64,000 nt of DNA from an uncultured Rivularia sp. (GTDB lineage Bacteria > Cyanobacteriota > Cyanobacteriia > Cyanobacteriales > Nostocaceae): contig OY762007.1 of the NCBI GenBank assembly GCA_963665115.1, forward strand, positions 5,248,001 through 5,312,000, read 5' to 3'. Position 1 is the stretch's first letter; each line of letters opens with the position of its first letter. The translations under genes and the position numbers were made by a program. Shown piece after piece: positions 11,146 to 21,149 of this stretch. Below the pieces are notes generated by a model. That model did not search any database and was not told where the DNA came from. It worked only from the letters and a program-made list of their open reading frames with translations.

Positions 11146-12090
11146 ATGCGAATTTTAATTATGGGAGGCACTCGATTTATCGGTGTCTACCTCACTCAAC
11201 TATTGGTAGAACAGGGACATGATGTAGTACTGTTCAATCGCGGCAACCGTCCCTTACCAGTTGAAAACGAAAACGTCACGCAGATAAGCGGCGATCGCAC
11301 TGACGCAAACCAGTTAAAAGAAAAGTTAAAAAATGAAAATTTTGATGTCATTTTTGACAACAATGGACGCGAACTCACCGATACCCAACCATTAGCAGAA
11401 ATTTTTCAAAACCGTTTACAGCATTTCGTCTACATGAGTTCTGCTGGAGTTTATCTTAAATCCGACAGTTTACCTCACATAGAAGGAGACGCAGTAGATC
11501 CTAAAAGCCGTCACAAAGGTAAACATCATACCGAAAGTTTTCTAGCAGAGAATGACTTTCCTTTTACCTCAATTCGTCCCACTTATATTTACGGACCTCA
11601 AAATTACAATGATTTAGAAGCTTGGTTTTTCGACAGAATTACTCGAAACCGTCCCCTTCCCATTCCCGGTAACGGACTGCATATCACTCAGTTAGGGCAC
11701 GTCAAAGACTTAGCCAAAGCAATGACTCAAGTTATCGGCAATTCTCAAGCAATCAAACAGATTTATAACATTTCGGGAAATCGTTACGTCACCTTTGACG
11801 GTTTAGCTCGTGCTTGTGCTGTAGCCGCCGGTAAATCGCCAGACGACATTCAAATCGTACATTACGACCCCAAAAAATTTGATTTTGGCAAGCGCAAAGC
11901 CTTCCCAATGAGAATGCAGCACTTCTTCGCATCAGTTAATAAAGCCATGACACAATTAGATTGGTATCCAGATTACGATTTAGTTTCTGGATTAAAAGAT
12001 TCATTTAAAAACGATTATTTGACATCAGAACGAGATAAAAAAGAAATCGATTTTTCAATTGACGAGGAGATATTAAAAGCAGCAGGTTAA
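11146..12090 (+). CDS. NAD-dependent epimerase/dehydratase family protein, CSP41b-like RNA-binding protein
   Basis: ILIMGGTRFIG, SSAGVY, RPTYIYGP and FDFGKRKAFP, typical of cyanobacterial/plastid CSP41b homologues. Confidence 0.85.
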   Translation: MRILIMGGTRFIGVYLTQLLVEQGHDVVLFNRGNRPLPVENENVTQISGDRTDANQLKEKLKNENFDVIFDNNGRELTDTQPLAEIFQNRLQHFVYMSSAGVYLKSDSLPHIEGDAVDPKSRHKGKHHTESFLAENDFPFTSIRPTYIYGPQNYNDLEAWFFDRITRNRPLPIPGNGLHITQLGHVKDLAKAMTQVIGNSQAIKQIYNISGNRYVTFDGLARACAVAAGKSPDDIQIVHYDPKKFDFGKRKAFPMRMQHFFASVNKAMTQLDWYPDYDLVSGLKDSFKNDYLTSERDKKEIDFSIDEEILKAAG

Positions 12091-12104
12091 ATTGATTTGT
12101 TAGC

Positions 12105-12160
12105 AGCTTGTAGGTTGGGTTAGACACGAAAATCTATTTAATCGTGTCATAACCCAACAT
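12105..12160 (+). repeat. GTAGGTTGGGTT...AACCCAAC REP-like element, copy 1
   Basis: 29 nt are identical to copy 2 at 13499. GTTGGGTT/AACCCAAC stem. Confidence 0.75.
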
Positions 12161-12205
12161 TAGAATTATCAATTATCAATTATCAATTCCCTTCCTTAAT
12201 CGAAA

Positions 12206-13420
12206 ATGAAAAAAGTTGTAATCGCAGGAGGTGGTCCGACAGGTGTGGCTCTAGCCTTAATGCTTGTACAAAGAGGTATTGCAGTCACATTAATTGAAGC
12301 AGCTTCCGACTTCCGTCGAGTATTTCGCGGAGAGGGATTAATGCCAAGTGGTTTAAATGCTCTATCGGAAATGGGATTATCCGAAATCCTAAAGCAAATT
12401 CCTCATCGAAAACTGAATGCATGGGAATTTATTTTAAACAAAAAGTCGTTATTTCGTGTTGATGAACCCATCGAAGCCGATACTCAACCATGTACTTTAG
12501 TTTCTCAACCACCTTTACTTGAAGCATTAATTTTAGAAGCTCAGAAATACAATAATTTTGAGTTTATCCAAGGTGTAGCTGTTAAAGACTTGCTACGAAT
12601 TGAGAATCGTGTAGCGGGTGTCAAATTAGCTGATGAACGAGAAATTACAGCAGATATTGTAATTGGTGCAGATGGGCGTAATTCTATTATTAGACAACGC
12701 GCCGGATTAAAACTAGAACGACAGCCAAAAAGTATGGATATTTTGTGGTTTAAACTAGCTGCAAATCCTAAATTTGTGACAGACAATGTATTTTCAGCCA
12801 TTGGAGACGGTGAAAATGCATTTGCTGTATTTCACGGAGCCGAAGCAGGTAAATTACATCTAGGTTGGACTTTAACTGGTAATCAAAAAAATGAAAATAG
12901 TATTGATAAAACCTCCTCTGAATGGGCACAAATGTTTGCATCAATATCGCCTTCGTGGTTAGCAGAACATTTTATCAACCATGCAGATTCTATCGAAAAA
13001 CCCATCAAATTATCAGTTATAGTAGGTCTTTGTCCATCTTGGCATACTCCAGGAGTTTTACTTTTAGGTGATGCCGCTCATCCCATGTCACCCATTCGCG
13101 CTCAAGGAATTAATGTTGCATTACGCGATGTAATTGTCGCCGCAAATCATCTTGTACCCGCATTGCTTGCAGAAGCTGAAAATAAAGAAATTGATAAGAT
13201 ATTCTCACAAATTCAGAAAGAAAGAGAACCAGAAATTATCAGAATTCAACAGCTTCAAAAAGAAGAAGGTAGGCAACACGAAATATTGCCCAAAAATTTA
13301 TTTTTAAGAAGAATTGTTTTTAGATTAGCTCGTTTAGTAAATAAAGCAGTTCGTTTATCTTGGATACAGAGACAGAAGAAAATGCGTCAAGGTGTAACTC
13401 GGGTTAAATTGGAAGTTTAG
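12206..13420 (+). CDS. FAD-dependent monooxygenase/oxidoreductase (UbiH/PheA-like)
   Basis: GGGPTG, GADGRNS and LLGDAAHPMSPIRAQGIN motifs. Confidence 0.9.
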   Translation: MKKVVIAGGGPTGVALALMLVQRGIAVTLIEAASDFRRVFRGEGLMPSGLNALSEMGLSEILKQIPHRKLNAWEFILNKKSLFRVDEPIEADTQPCTLVSQPPLLEALILEAQKYNNFEFIQGVAVKDLLRIENRVAGVKLADEREITADIVIGADGRNSIIRQRAGLKLERQPKSMDILWFKLAANPKFVTDNVFSAIGDGENAFAVFHGAEAGKLHLGWTLTGNQKNENSIDKTSSEWAQMFASISPSWLAEHFINHADSIEKPIKLSVIVGLCPSWHTPGVLLLGDAAHPMSPIRAQGINVALRDVIVAANHLVPALLAEAENKEIDKIFSQIQKEREPEIIRIQQLQKEEGRQHEILPKNLFLRRIVFRLARLVNKAVRLSWIQRQKKMRQGVTRVKLEV

Positions 13421-13422
13421 AT

Positions 13423-13484
13423 ATTGGTAATTGGTAATTGGTAATTGGTAATTGGTAATTGGTAATTGGTAATTGGTAATTGGT
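13423..13484. repeat. STRR tandem repeat (ATTGGTA)n, about 9 copies
   Basis: Directly visible. Confidence 0.9.
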
Positions 13485-13498
13485 GATTTTAAAATTGT

Positions 13499-13577
13499 AG
13501 CTTGTAGGTTGGGTTAGACACGAAAATTAATTTAATTTGTAACCAAAAGCTATATTAATCCTGTTGTAACCCAACAT
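13499..13577 (+). repeat. GTAGGTTGGGTT...AACCCAAC REP-like element, copy 2
   Basis: Direct repeat of 12105-12160 with a longer loop. Confidence 0.75.
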
Positions 13578-13601
13578 CTTTTCAAAAATAAAATTTAATT
13601 C

Positions 13602-13712
13602 GGGAGCATCGCAAATTGTTCATTTTGTAGTGCGAGCATCTTGCTCGCTCGGGAGCGCCAGCGAGCAAGATGCTCGCACTGCCAGATATTTTTCATAAAT
13701 TGGGATGCTCCC
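13602..13712. mobile_element. 111-bp MITE with TIRs, a 9-bp target-site duplication and an internal GTAG REP palindrome
   Basis: TIRs GGGAGCATC.../...GATGCTCCC. ATTTAATTC is duplicated at 13593-13601 and 13713-13721. Internal GTAGTGCGAGCATCTTGCTCGC...GCGAGCAAGATGCTCGCACT. Confidence 0.85.
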
Positions 13713-14265
13713 ATTTAATTCCTATATTGTAGTAATCTATAAAATCATATAAATCTCTATAAAAATCCCAATCATTGAATGCTGTAAGATAAAAACTACA
13801 TAAAAAGTTTAGTTCAAATACTATATAAATTGGTTGTAAAATTTTCTTATTTTTTATAGAAGTGTCATTAAAAAAAATACAAATAAAGAAAGCAATAATA
13901 ACTCTACCAAAACAATATACTTTTTCGCGATTGTATCTAATTAGAATATCAGTCTGAACCAGTAAGAATTTATCATAGCGTTGTTTTGGGTCGTCATTAA
14001 CCCACGCTTCAGCAACTTTATAACCATTGCAAACCTTTTCTAAACGTACTTCAAAAATACAGAAACCCGTCCAGCTACGATGGATATACAGCCAATCATT
14101 TTCAAGAAAAAAGAACCATTTATCATCCATTGACACGGGAATGAATCCCCAAGTCAAATATTTATATTCTTCCTTCGTAAAAATTTCCTCAACCTGTAGC
14201 TGAGTTTTTAACTCTGGCATTGGCTGTATTTTCCAATCACTACGGGTTGCTTTTTTCGGATTCAT
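13693..14265 (-). CDS. Hypothetical protein (conserved-looking N-terminal domain, AT-rich hydrophobic C-terminus)
   Basis: N-terminal GFIPVSMDDKWF...HRSWTGFCIF looks like a real protein domain. The last codons and the stop lie in the MITE. Confidence 0.55.
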   Translation of the reverse strand: MNPKKATRSDWKIQPMPELKTQLQVEEIFTKEEYKYLTWGFIPVSMDDKWFFFLENDWLYIHRSWTGFCIFEVRLEKVCNGYKVAEAWVNDDPKQRYDKFLLVQTDILIRYNREKVYCFGRVIIAFFICIFFNDTSIKNKKILQPIYIVFELNFLCSFYLTAFNDWDFYRDLYDFIDYYNIGIKWEHPNL

Positions 14266-14323
14266 AAACCGGGTTTATTAAAACTTACTGTTCCCTGTTC
14301 CCTATTCCCTACTCCCTTAAAAA

Positions 14324-14860
14324 TCATTTCGCAACAACTTGACTATCTTCTTCTATCTTTTGCGGTAAAAGATAAATAGCTCCAGAAATCAAAGTTAAAG
14401 CTACAGATACCCAAAAAGCAATCAAAGAAGGCAATTCCCACTGTGGAGATAAAGGAGCAATTAACAGCGCGATCGCAATTATTTGACTTACTGTTTTTAG
14501 TTTTCCCCAAATATTCGCACCACTGATTTTCGGTTGACTAACTCTCCAACCAGCAATGGCTAATTCGCGCCCTAATATCAGAAATACTCCCCACGCTGGA
14601 ATTTGTCCTAATTCAATTAAAGATAATAACGGAGCAAGCACCAGCAATTTGTCTACTAAAGGATCGAGAAATTTTCCTAAATCGCTAACTTGGTTGAGTT
14701 TCCTGGCTAAATAACCATCTAACCAATCCGTAGCAGCAGCAACTACAAAAATAGTAAAACATATCCATCTTGCTTGGGGTGTGGGATTTTGCAAACCGTA
14801 AATAATAAACGGTATGCCTAGAAGACGAGAGAAAGTAATCCAGTTTGGAAGAGTCATCAT
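14324..14860 (-). CDS. pgsA: CDP-diacylglycerol--glycerol-3-phosphate 3-phosphatidyltransferase
   Basis: PNWITFSR and the CDP-alcohol phosphotransferase motif DWLDGYLARKLNQVSDLGKFLDPLVDK. Confidence 0.93.
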   Translation of the reverse strand: MMTLPNWITFSRLLGIPFIIYGLQNPTPQARWICFTIFVVAAATDWLDGYLARKLNQVSDLGKFLDPLVDKLLVLAPLLSLIELGQIPAWGVFLILGRELAIAGWRVSQPKISGANIWGKLKTVSQIIAIALLIAPLSPQWELPSLIAFWVSVALTLISGAIYLLPQKIEEDSQVVAK

Positions 14861-14997
14861 TTAGGTTATAGGTTAAAGGTTACAGGCAATAATATCCAAA
14901 GTATCGAAAGTAATTAAGAATTGATAATAAAAAATGTCTCTGATAACCGCTAACTGGTAACTGTTAACTGATGATTGTTAACTGTTAACTGAGCACC

Positions 14998-16416
14998 ATG
15001 ACCGATCAACAATTTCGTATCGAAAGCGATTCAATGGGCGATCGCCAAATTCCGAGTAGCGCTTATTACGGTATTCAAACGCTGCGAGCTACGGAAAACT
15101 TTGCTATCAGCGGCATTAAGCCTTTACCTACTTACGTAGATGCCTGCATCATCATAAAAAAGGCTACAGCAATCGTTAATGGCGAATTGGACTGTATACC
15201 TCAAGATGTCAGTCAAGCTATTGTACAAGCTGCTGATGAAGTACTAGCGGGTAAGTTTCGCGAGCAGTTTGTTGTGGATGTTTACCAAGCAGGTGCAGGT
15301 ACTTCCCACCATATGAATGTCAATGAAGTACTGGCAAATCGCGCTTTGGAAATATTAGGAGACGAGAAAGGTAACTATAAGCGAGTCAGCCCCAACGACC
15401 ACGTTAACTACGGGCAGTCTACCAACGATGTGATTCCTACCGCAATTAGAATTGGTGGAATTTTAGCTCTATCGAAGACACTGTATCCTGCTTTGGATAA
15501 TGCCATTAATGCTTTAGAAGAAAAAGCCGCAGAATTTAAAGATATTGTAAAGTCCGGTCGCACTCATTTACAAGATGCCGTACCAGTGCGTTTAGGTGAT
15601 ACTTTTGCCGCTTGGGCGCAGATTCTCAAAGATCATCGAAATAGAATTAATGCTGCTTGTCTCGATTTAATGGTGCTGGGTTTGGGAGGTAGTGCAGCGG
15701 GTACGGGGTTAAACACCCATCCCCGATATCGGGTAAGTGTGATTAAAATTATTTCAGGACTAGTTAATTCTCCTTTGAAGGAGGCAACCCATCTTATGGC
15801 TGCAATGCAAAGTATGGCACCATTTGTGAATGTATCCGGCGCTTTGCGGAATTTGGCTCAAGATTTAGTCAAAATATCTCATGATTTGCGCCTGATGGAT
15901 TCAGGACCAAACACTGGTTTCAAAGAAATTCAATTACCACCAGTGCAGCCCGGTTCCTCGATTATGCCTGGAAAATATAATCCAGTGATGGCTGAGATGA
16001 CATCAATGGTGTGTTTTCAGGTGATGGGTTACGACACAGCCATTAATTACGCCGCGCAAGCAGGGCAATTAGAGCTAAATGTAATGATGCCTTTGATTGC
16101 CTACGATTTTATCCACAGTATTGAAATATTAGGCAACACCCTTCAAGCATTAACTTCCCGCTGCATAAAAGGAATTACTGCTTTACCGGAACGTTGTTTA
16201 GACTACGCCGAAGCAAGTTTGGCCTTGGTAACAGCATTAAACCCTCATATCGGATACCTCAATGCAGCAGCCATAGCCAAAGAATCAATAGAAACAGGAA
16301 AATCCCTAAGACAAATTGTACTAGAAAAGCAGTTGATGAACGAAGAAGAATTAGCTGAAGTATTAAACCTGGAGCAAATGAGTACGATTGTCGGGACAGG
16401 GAACAGTAACTCCTAA
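14998..16416 (+). CDS. aspA: Aspartate ammonia-lyase (fumarase/aspartase superfamily)
   Basis: YQAGAGTSHHMN, GRTHLQDA and GSSIMPGKYNP signature. The GAGTS form favours aspartase over FumC. Confidence 0.85.
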   Translation: MTDQQFRIESDSMGDRQIPSSAYYGIQTLRATENFAISGIKPLPTYVDACIIIKKATAIVNGELDCIPQDVSQAIVQAADEVLAGKFREQFVVDVYQAGAGTSHHMNVNEVLANRALEILGDEKGNYKRVSPNDHVNYGQSTNDVIPTAIRIGGILALSKTLYPALDNAINALEEKAAEFKDIVKSGRTHLQDAVPVRLGDTFAAWAQILKDHRNRINAACLDLMVLGLGGSAAGTGLNTHPRYRVSVIKIISGLVNSPLKEATHLMAAMQSMAPFVNVSGALRNLAQDLVKISHDLRLMDSGPNTGFKEIQLPPVQPGSSIMPGKYNPVMAEMTSMVCFQVMGYDTAINYAAQAGQLELNVMMPLIAYDFIHSIEILGNTLQALTSRCIKGITALPERCLDYAEASLALVTALNPHIGYLNAAAIAKESIETGKSLRQIVLEKQLMNEEELAEVLNLEQMSTIVGTGNSNS

Positions 16417-16520
16417 CTCCAAATCCAAAACATCCCTTGTTAAAATCCAAAATCCATTAACAACTAACCACTAACCACTAAGCTACGCTGTGATAAAACC
16501 ACAGAGTGAAAATTACATCA

Positions 16521-17492
16521 ATGCAGACTCAAACACCATCTGTCAGTTTAATTAGGGCTACTTCTTATGAAGTGGAAGCGTTGAGGGAATCTTTGGAAAC
16601 CTTGCTCGAACCCTTGGGTGGAATCACAGCATTTGTTAAAAGTGGCGATCGCGTTTTACTCAAGCCTAATCTGCTTACGGGTTCGCGCCCGACGGCGGAA
16701 TGTACTACCCGCCCGGAAATGGTTTACGCTGTGGCGACTATGGTAATTGAGGCTGGTGGTAAGCCTTTTTTGGGAGACAGCCCTGCTTTTGGTAGCGCTA
16801 AAGGAGTTGCGTTAGCTAATGGATATGAAAGTATTTTAGAAGAACTCAATATTCCTGTTATCGAGTTTCATGGTAAGCGCTACGAAATCGTAAACGATAA
16901 GTTTAACCATTTGTTGTTGTCTAAGGAGACGATGGAAGCTGATGTAGTCATCAACTTACCCAAAGTCAAGTCTCATGCCCAATTGGTATTAACTTTGGGA
17001 GTAAAAAATTTGTTTGGTTGCGTACCGGGCAAAATGAAAGCTTGGTGGCATATGGAAGCGGGGAAAGATGCCAATCGCTTTGGAGAAATGTTGGTAGAAA
17101 CCGCAAAGGCTATTAACCCGAACTTAACGATTATAGACGGCATTATCGGTCATGAAGGCAACGGCCCTAGCGGTGGAGAACCACGTCCGTTGGGGATTTT
17201 GGGTTGTTCAACTGATGTATTTGCTTTAGATAGAGCGATAGTAGAAATACTAAATGTTCGTCCCGAACAAGTGCCTACCCTTGCTGCATCAATGCGATTG
17301 GGAATTTGTCCGGAACTCGATGCGATCCAATTCGTCAGTTTACATCCCGACTTACTGCAAGTAGACGATTGGCAATTGCCCTTGAAATATATGCCAATTG
17401 ATTTTGGAATGCCCCGCGTAATTAAATCTACTTTTAAGCATCTTTATATTCGATTTATCAAAGAAAAAATGAATGCTTATAGTGAAAATTAA
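16521..17492 (+). CDS. DUF362 domain protein
   Basis: VLLKPN, NLPKVKSH, TLGVKNLFG and EGNGP motifs. Confidence 0.85.
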   Translation: MQTQTPSVSLIRATSYEVEALRESLETLLEPLGGITAFVKSGDRVLLKPNLLTGSRPTAECTTRPEMVYAVATMVIEAGGKPFLGDSPAFGSAKGVALANGYESILEELNIPVIEFHGKRYEIVNDKFNHLLLSKETMEADVVINLPKVKSHAQLVLTLGVKNLFGCVPGKMKAWWHMEAGKDANRFGEMLVETAKAINPNLTIIDGIIGHEGNGPSGGEPRPLGILGCSTDVFALDRAIVEILNVRPEQVPTLAASMRLGICPELDAIQFVSLHPDLLQVDDWQLPLKYMPIDFGMPRVIKSTFKHLYIRFIKEKMNAYSEN

Positions 17493-17598
17493 ATGAATTG
17501 TTCAAAGCAACAAAATTTATTGGAAGAGTGCAAACTTGGCTACAGCAATTTTTAGCACTAGCAGAGTAATCTATAAATACCCTCCGATTGCTTAACCA

Positions 17599-17628
17599 GA
17601 CCGCCCTATTTTAGTGGCGGTTTTTTTA
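17599..17628 (+). terminator. Rho-independent terminator
   Basis: ACCGCC...GGCGGT stem followed by a T run. Confidence 0.7.
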
Positions 17629-18440
17629 GTCCGGATAATTATAATAAATTGTTACATTTTTGAATCCGAAGGTATTTGAATTCAACCAGCTTAAAAACTG
17701 TACCAAGACCTTTATTAAAAGAATATTTGATCGTACATAGCCATTTGATAATTTTTCAGAAATCTTCCGGATATTTATAGCTTAGGATTGAGACATCCGT
17801 AACCGTAATATTAACTGTATTTATAATTATTTTTACCGATTTAAATATAAAGATTATTGAGGAGTAATGGTCACTTACTGTTACTTAAAAATGATTTAAT
17901 TTTTCTGTATTACTGCGGTATAGAATTATTATAAAAGTATTTTATTGGAAGCATTTAGTAAATAAAAAAGTTTTGAGTGTAATCACTGATGATGATACAA
18001 AAGATTTAAAGTATACTCAACCGCTTTTAAGTATTAAGCAGAGAATATTCATTTAGATAAAAAGCTTAAAACTCTTACCCCATAACAGTTTATCTTCCTA
18101 TCGGAAGATGATATTGACCCGTTTTTGATTTAAAGTTAATATTAATAGATGAAAGATATGTATTTTATATTGCATGGTATTTAATTAATTTAAGTTGCCA
18201 ACGGAACCGCGAATACGCAAGTATAAAGCGAGATTAGTTACAAGCATTTAAACAAGATATTTCTGTATTACTTGGTATCAAGAGTTTCAGGTATAAAGAA
18301 ATATATGAATTAACTTCCAAAACTCATTTAAATTCTTAAAGAATAGAGAGTTTACGGTCAGAAAAAAAGCTAAAATAATAGCAACACTCTCATTCGAGAG
18401 AGATGTAGCAACTAGTGATGTAAAGAGCTAAATAATTTAT

Positions 18441-18707
18441 ATGGATTCTAACAGTCAGTCTGCCAATACAGAGGAATTACCTTCGCAACGTTTGGCAGAC
18501 GTTGTAGGAACAGCGATTGCTATGTTAACTCTGACGCTACCTATGTTTGTAATTGGTCATTACTCTTCAGGCAGCGTTCAAGGTAATCGGCAACCACTAA
18601 CCTATAATTTGCAAAAAACTGACAATGATACAGAACTAATAAAAAGTGAAATTTCATCTATTTATAAAATGAATAAAGACGCTTCGGGCTTATTGAAGAA
18701 AAAATAA
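18441..18707 (+). CDS. Small single-TM hypothetical protein
   Basis: ATG-initiated 88-aa ORF with one hydrophobic segment (LADVVGTAIAMLTLTLPMFVI). Confidence 0.6.
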   Translation: MDSNSQSANTEELPSQRLADVVGTAIAMLTLTLPMFVIGHYSSGSVQGNRQPLTYNLQKTDNDTELIKSEISSIYKMNKDASGLLKKK

Positions 18708-18988
18708 TTTATTGTACCGATTAACATAAGTTTATCTACGATGAAACTGATATTATCTCTCTACCTATAGTTGAGTATGAGAAAATATGAATGCGAATAC
18801 GCACGGGAAAGATAGATATTTCTTGTGGCGCATACAAAAGCGTTGTTTCAACTAATCAAGTAAAACGCGACAGCTTAGATGCTTTAATTCCCATCAAGCT
18901 CCTAGCTTCATAGCTTTGCTTGAAATGTGAATTCAAAAAAATTCTGAAGCAGTCTGCATTAATTAGCTTCAATTTAGATATTTAGATA

Positions 18989-19020
18989 TAAAGATGCTCT
19001 TGAGAACAAGAGCATCTTTA
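18989..19020. terminator. Inverted repeat, probable terminator
   Basis: TAAAGATGCTCTTG-AGAA-CAAGAGCATCTTTA perfect stem. Confidence 0.55.
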
Positions 19021-19274
19021 ATTTGTGATTTATTTTTTGTTGAAGGGAGATGGGGAAAGAGAGCAGGGGAAGCAATATTTTCTTCCTTTGATACCGAAGC
19101 TCCCTCCGCTCTCTTCAACTCCTAACTCCTAACTCTCTAGTCCTAATTTTCCAATTTGAAGGGTACTGTAGCGAAAAACTGCTTTGGGATAAGTCCATAT
19201 TGACCTAAAATTCTACACGGGAGCTAACAAACTCTCACCGATAATTAGTTAACGAAAACTTTAGGAGTAAATCT

Positions 19275-19784
19275 GTGGACTTATCCATTATCTCAGCCCA
19301 ACCAAAACCCGGTTTGATAAACGTTTTAATTGAAATTACCGGCGGAAGTAAAAATAAATATGAATACGACAAAGATTTACAAGCTTTTGCCTTAGATAGG
19401 GTGCTTTATTCATCGGTACAATACCCTTACGATTATGGTTTCGTACCCAATACCTTGGCTGATGATGGCGACCCCCTCGATGGTATGGTAATAATGGATG
19501 AGCCAACATTCCCTGGTTGTGTAATTGCAGCACGCCCCATTGGAATGTTAGAAATGATTGATGGTGGCGATCGCGATGAAAAAATTCTTTGCGTTGCCGA
19601 TAAAGATCCGCGTTATGCTCACGTAAAATCTCTTAGAGATTTAGCTCCCCATCGACTTGAAGAAATCGCAGAATTCTTCCGGAGTTACAAAAACTTGGAG
19701 AAAAAAGTAACCGAGATTCTTGGTTGGCAAGATGTTGAAAAAGTTGCGCCTTTAGTAGAGCAATGCATTAAAGCAGCCAAGTAG
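19275..19784 (+). CDS. ppa: Inorganic pyrophosphatase
   Basis: [22 protein letters not shown] and DEKI motifs. AGGAG RBS before the GTG start. Confidence 0.96.
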   Translation: MDLSIISAQPKPGLINVLIEITGGSKNKYEYDKDLQAFALDRVLYSSVQYPYDYGFVPNTLADDGDPLDGMVIMDEPTFPGCVIAARPIGMLEMIDGGDRDEKILCVADKDPRYAHVKSLRDLAPHRLEEIAEFFRSYKNLEKKVTEILGWQDVEKVAPLVEQCIKAAK

Positions 19785-19848
19785 AAATTAGTTAAAATTT
19801 TCCGACAGATAAAAATTCAAATTTTCTCTCCCTAAACCTAATTGCCCA

Positions 19849-20239
19849 ATGCACCGCACGCTTCTTTTCGCAAAAATTCACAACTGTATTCTCACCGAAG
19901 TTAATCCTAATTACGTGGGTAGTATCACCATAGATCAAATGCTTTTAGAGAAAGCTGGTATCTTGCCTTACGAGCAGGTGCAAGTGGTGAAACGTGACTA
20001 ATGGCGAACGCTTTGTTACTTATACAATACCGGCTGTAGCTAATTCAGGAGCCATTGAGCTAAATGGAGCTGCGGCACGTCTGGGCATTAAAGGAGATCG
20101 CTTGATTATAATGTCTTACGGGCAGTTTACTTCGGAAGAAATCAAAAGTTTCTCTCCTACAGTTGTTATCGTAGACGACAAAAACAAATTGTTAGAAGTC
20201 CGACACTATGACTCACTGCTCGGTAAGACTATTATGTAG
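19849..20239 (+). CDS. panD: Aspartate 1-decarboxylase, with an apparent +1 frameshift at 19990-19992
   Basis: [11 protein letters not shown]...YVGSITID (G|S cleavage site) is in one frame and [10 protein letters not shown]...NGAAARL in the next. Deleting one A joins them. Confidence 0.9.
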
Positions 20240-20244
20240 CAAAA

Positions 20245-21141
20245 ATGTCACAGATAGAACAGTCCAGCTATCCTAAAAATACGAGCGAATTAACCGAAAA
20301 TCAAGCCGAGAAATTTTTAGTCAAATTTTGGGGAGTACGAGGTTTAATTCCAACTCCAGGTGAAGAGACTAATCGCTATGGAGGCAATACTGCTTGTGTA
20401 GAAATGCAGGTTGGCACAAAGAATTTAATCTTTGACGGTGGTACTGGTTTGCGAGTATTGGGAAAAGACTGGTTGCAACAACAGCCTGAAATTATAGCTC
20501 ACTTATTTTTCACCAACGCTCAAACCAACCGCATTCAGGGGTTTCCTTTTTTTTCTCCTGCATTTGCACCGCAAAACTGCTTTCATATTTACGGTACCGC
20601 TGCTTCTAATGGCGCATCAATTAAACAATCGCTTGGCGATCAAATGCTGTTACCGCATTTTCCCTACCCCTTGCAAGTCATGGATTCAAAACTGCAATTT
20701 TATAATTTGACTCCGGGTAAAGCGATCGCCATAGATGATGTAGCGGTAAAAATAATATTAATTAATGATGTAACTAAGTCTATTGGCTATAGAGTTACGT
20801 GGAAAGAATATTGCGTTGCTTATATCACCGATTTAAAGTCAGAAATAGATGAGTTAGAAGAAGAAAGAGTTATGGAATTAACTCAAGGGGTAGACTTGCT
20901 AATCGCCAATCCCACTTACATTACTTCTAATATTCGCGACTCTCAAACATCAATTGATCGCTACTGGCAAACTGCTGTTGATTTAGCTCGTAAAAGTGAT
21001 GTTAAACAACTTGTATTTTCCAATCATCATCCAAATGATAATGATGATTTTTTGGATAGAGTCCAAGCAGCGCTTCAAACTGAATTTGAGCAAGCATCTT
21101 TAGCACGTGAAGGTATGGTAATATCTATTAATTGCAGTTAG
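20245..21141 (+). CDS. MBL-fold metallo-hydrolase homologue with a degenerate metal motif
   Basis: FWGVRG, YGGNTACVE, FDGGTG and IQGFPFF motifs. The HxHxDH position reads TNAQTNR. Confidence 0.85.
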   Translation: MSQIEQSSYPKNTSELTENQAEKFLVKFWGVRGLIPTPGEETNRYGGNTACVEMQVGTKNLIFDGGTGLRVLGKDWLQQQPEIIAHLFFTNAQTNRIQGFPFFSPAFAPQNCFHIYGTAASNGASIKQSLGDQMLLPHFPYPLQVMDSKLQFYNLTPGKAIAIDDVAVKIILINDVTKSIGYRVTWKEYCVAYITDLKSEIDELEEERVMELTQGVDLLIANPTYITSNIRDSQTSIDRYWQTAVDLARKSDVKQLVFSNHHPNDNDDFLDRVQAALQTEFEQASLAREGMVISINCS

Positions 21142-21149
21142 TTCAAATA

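Noticed and set aside
14349..14359. Match of the TnpB guide 5' end (TCTTCTATCTT) inside pgsA
   Set aside because: Only 11 nt, not preceded by the candidate TTTAC TAM, and expected by chance in AT-rich DNA.
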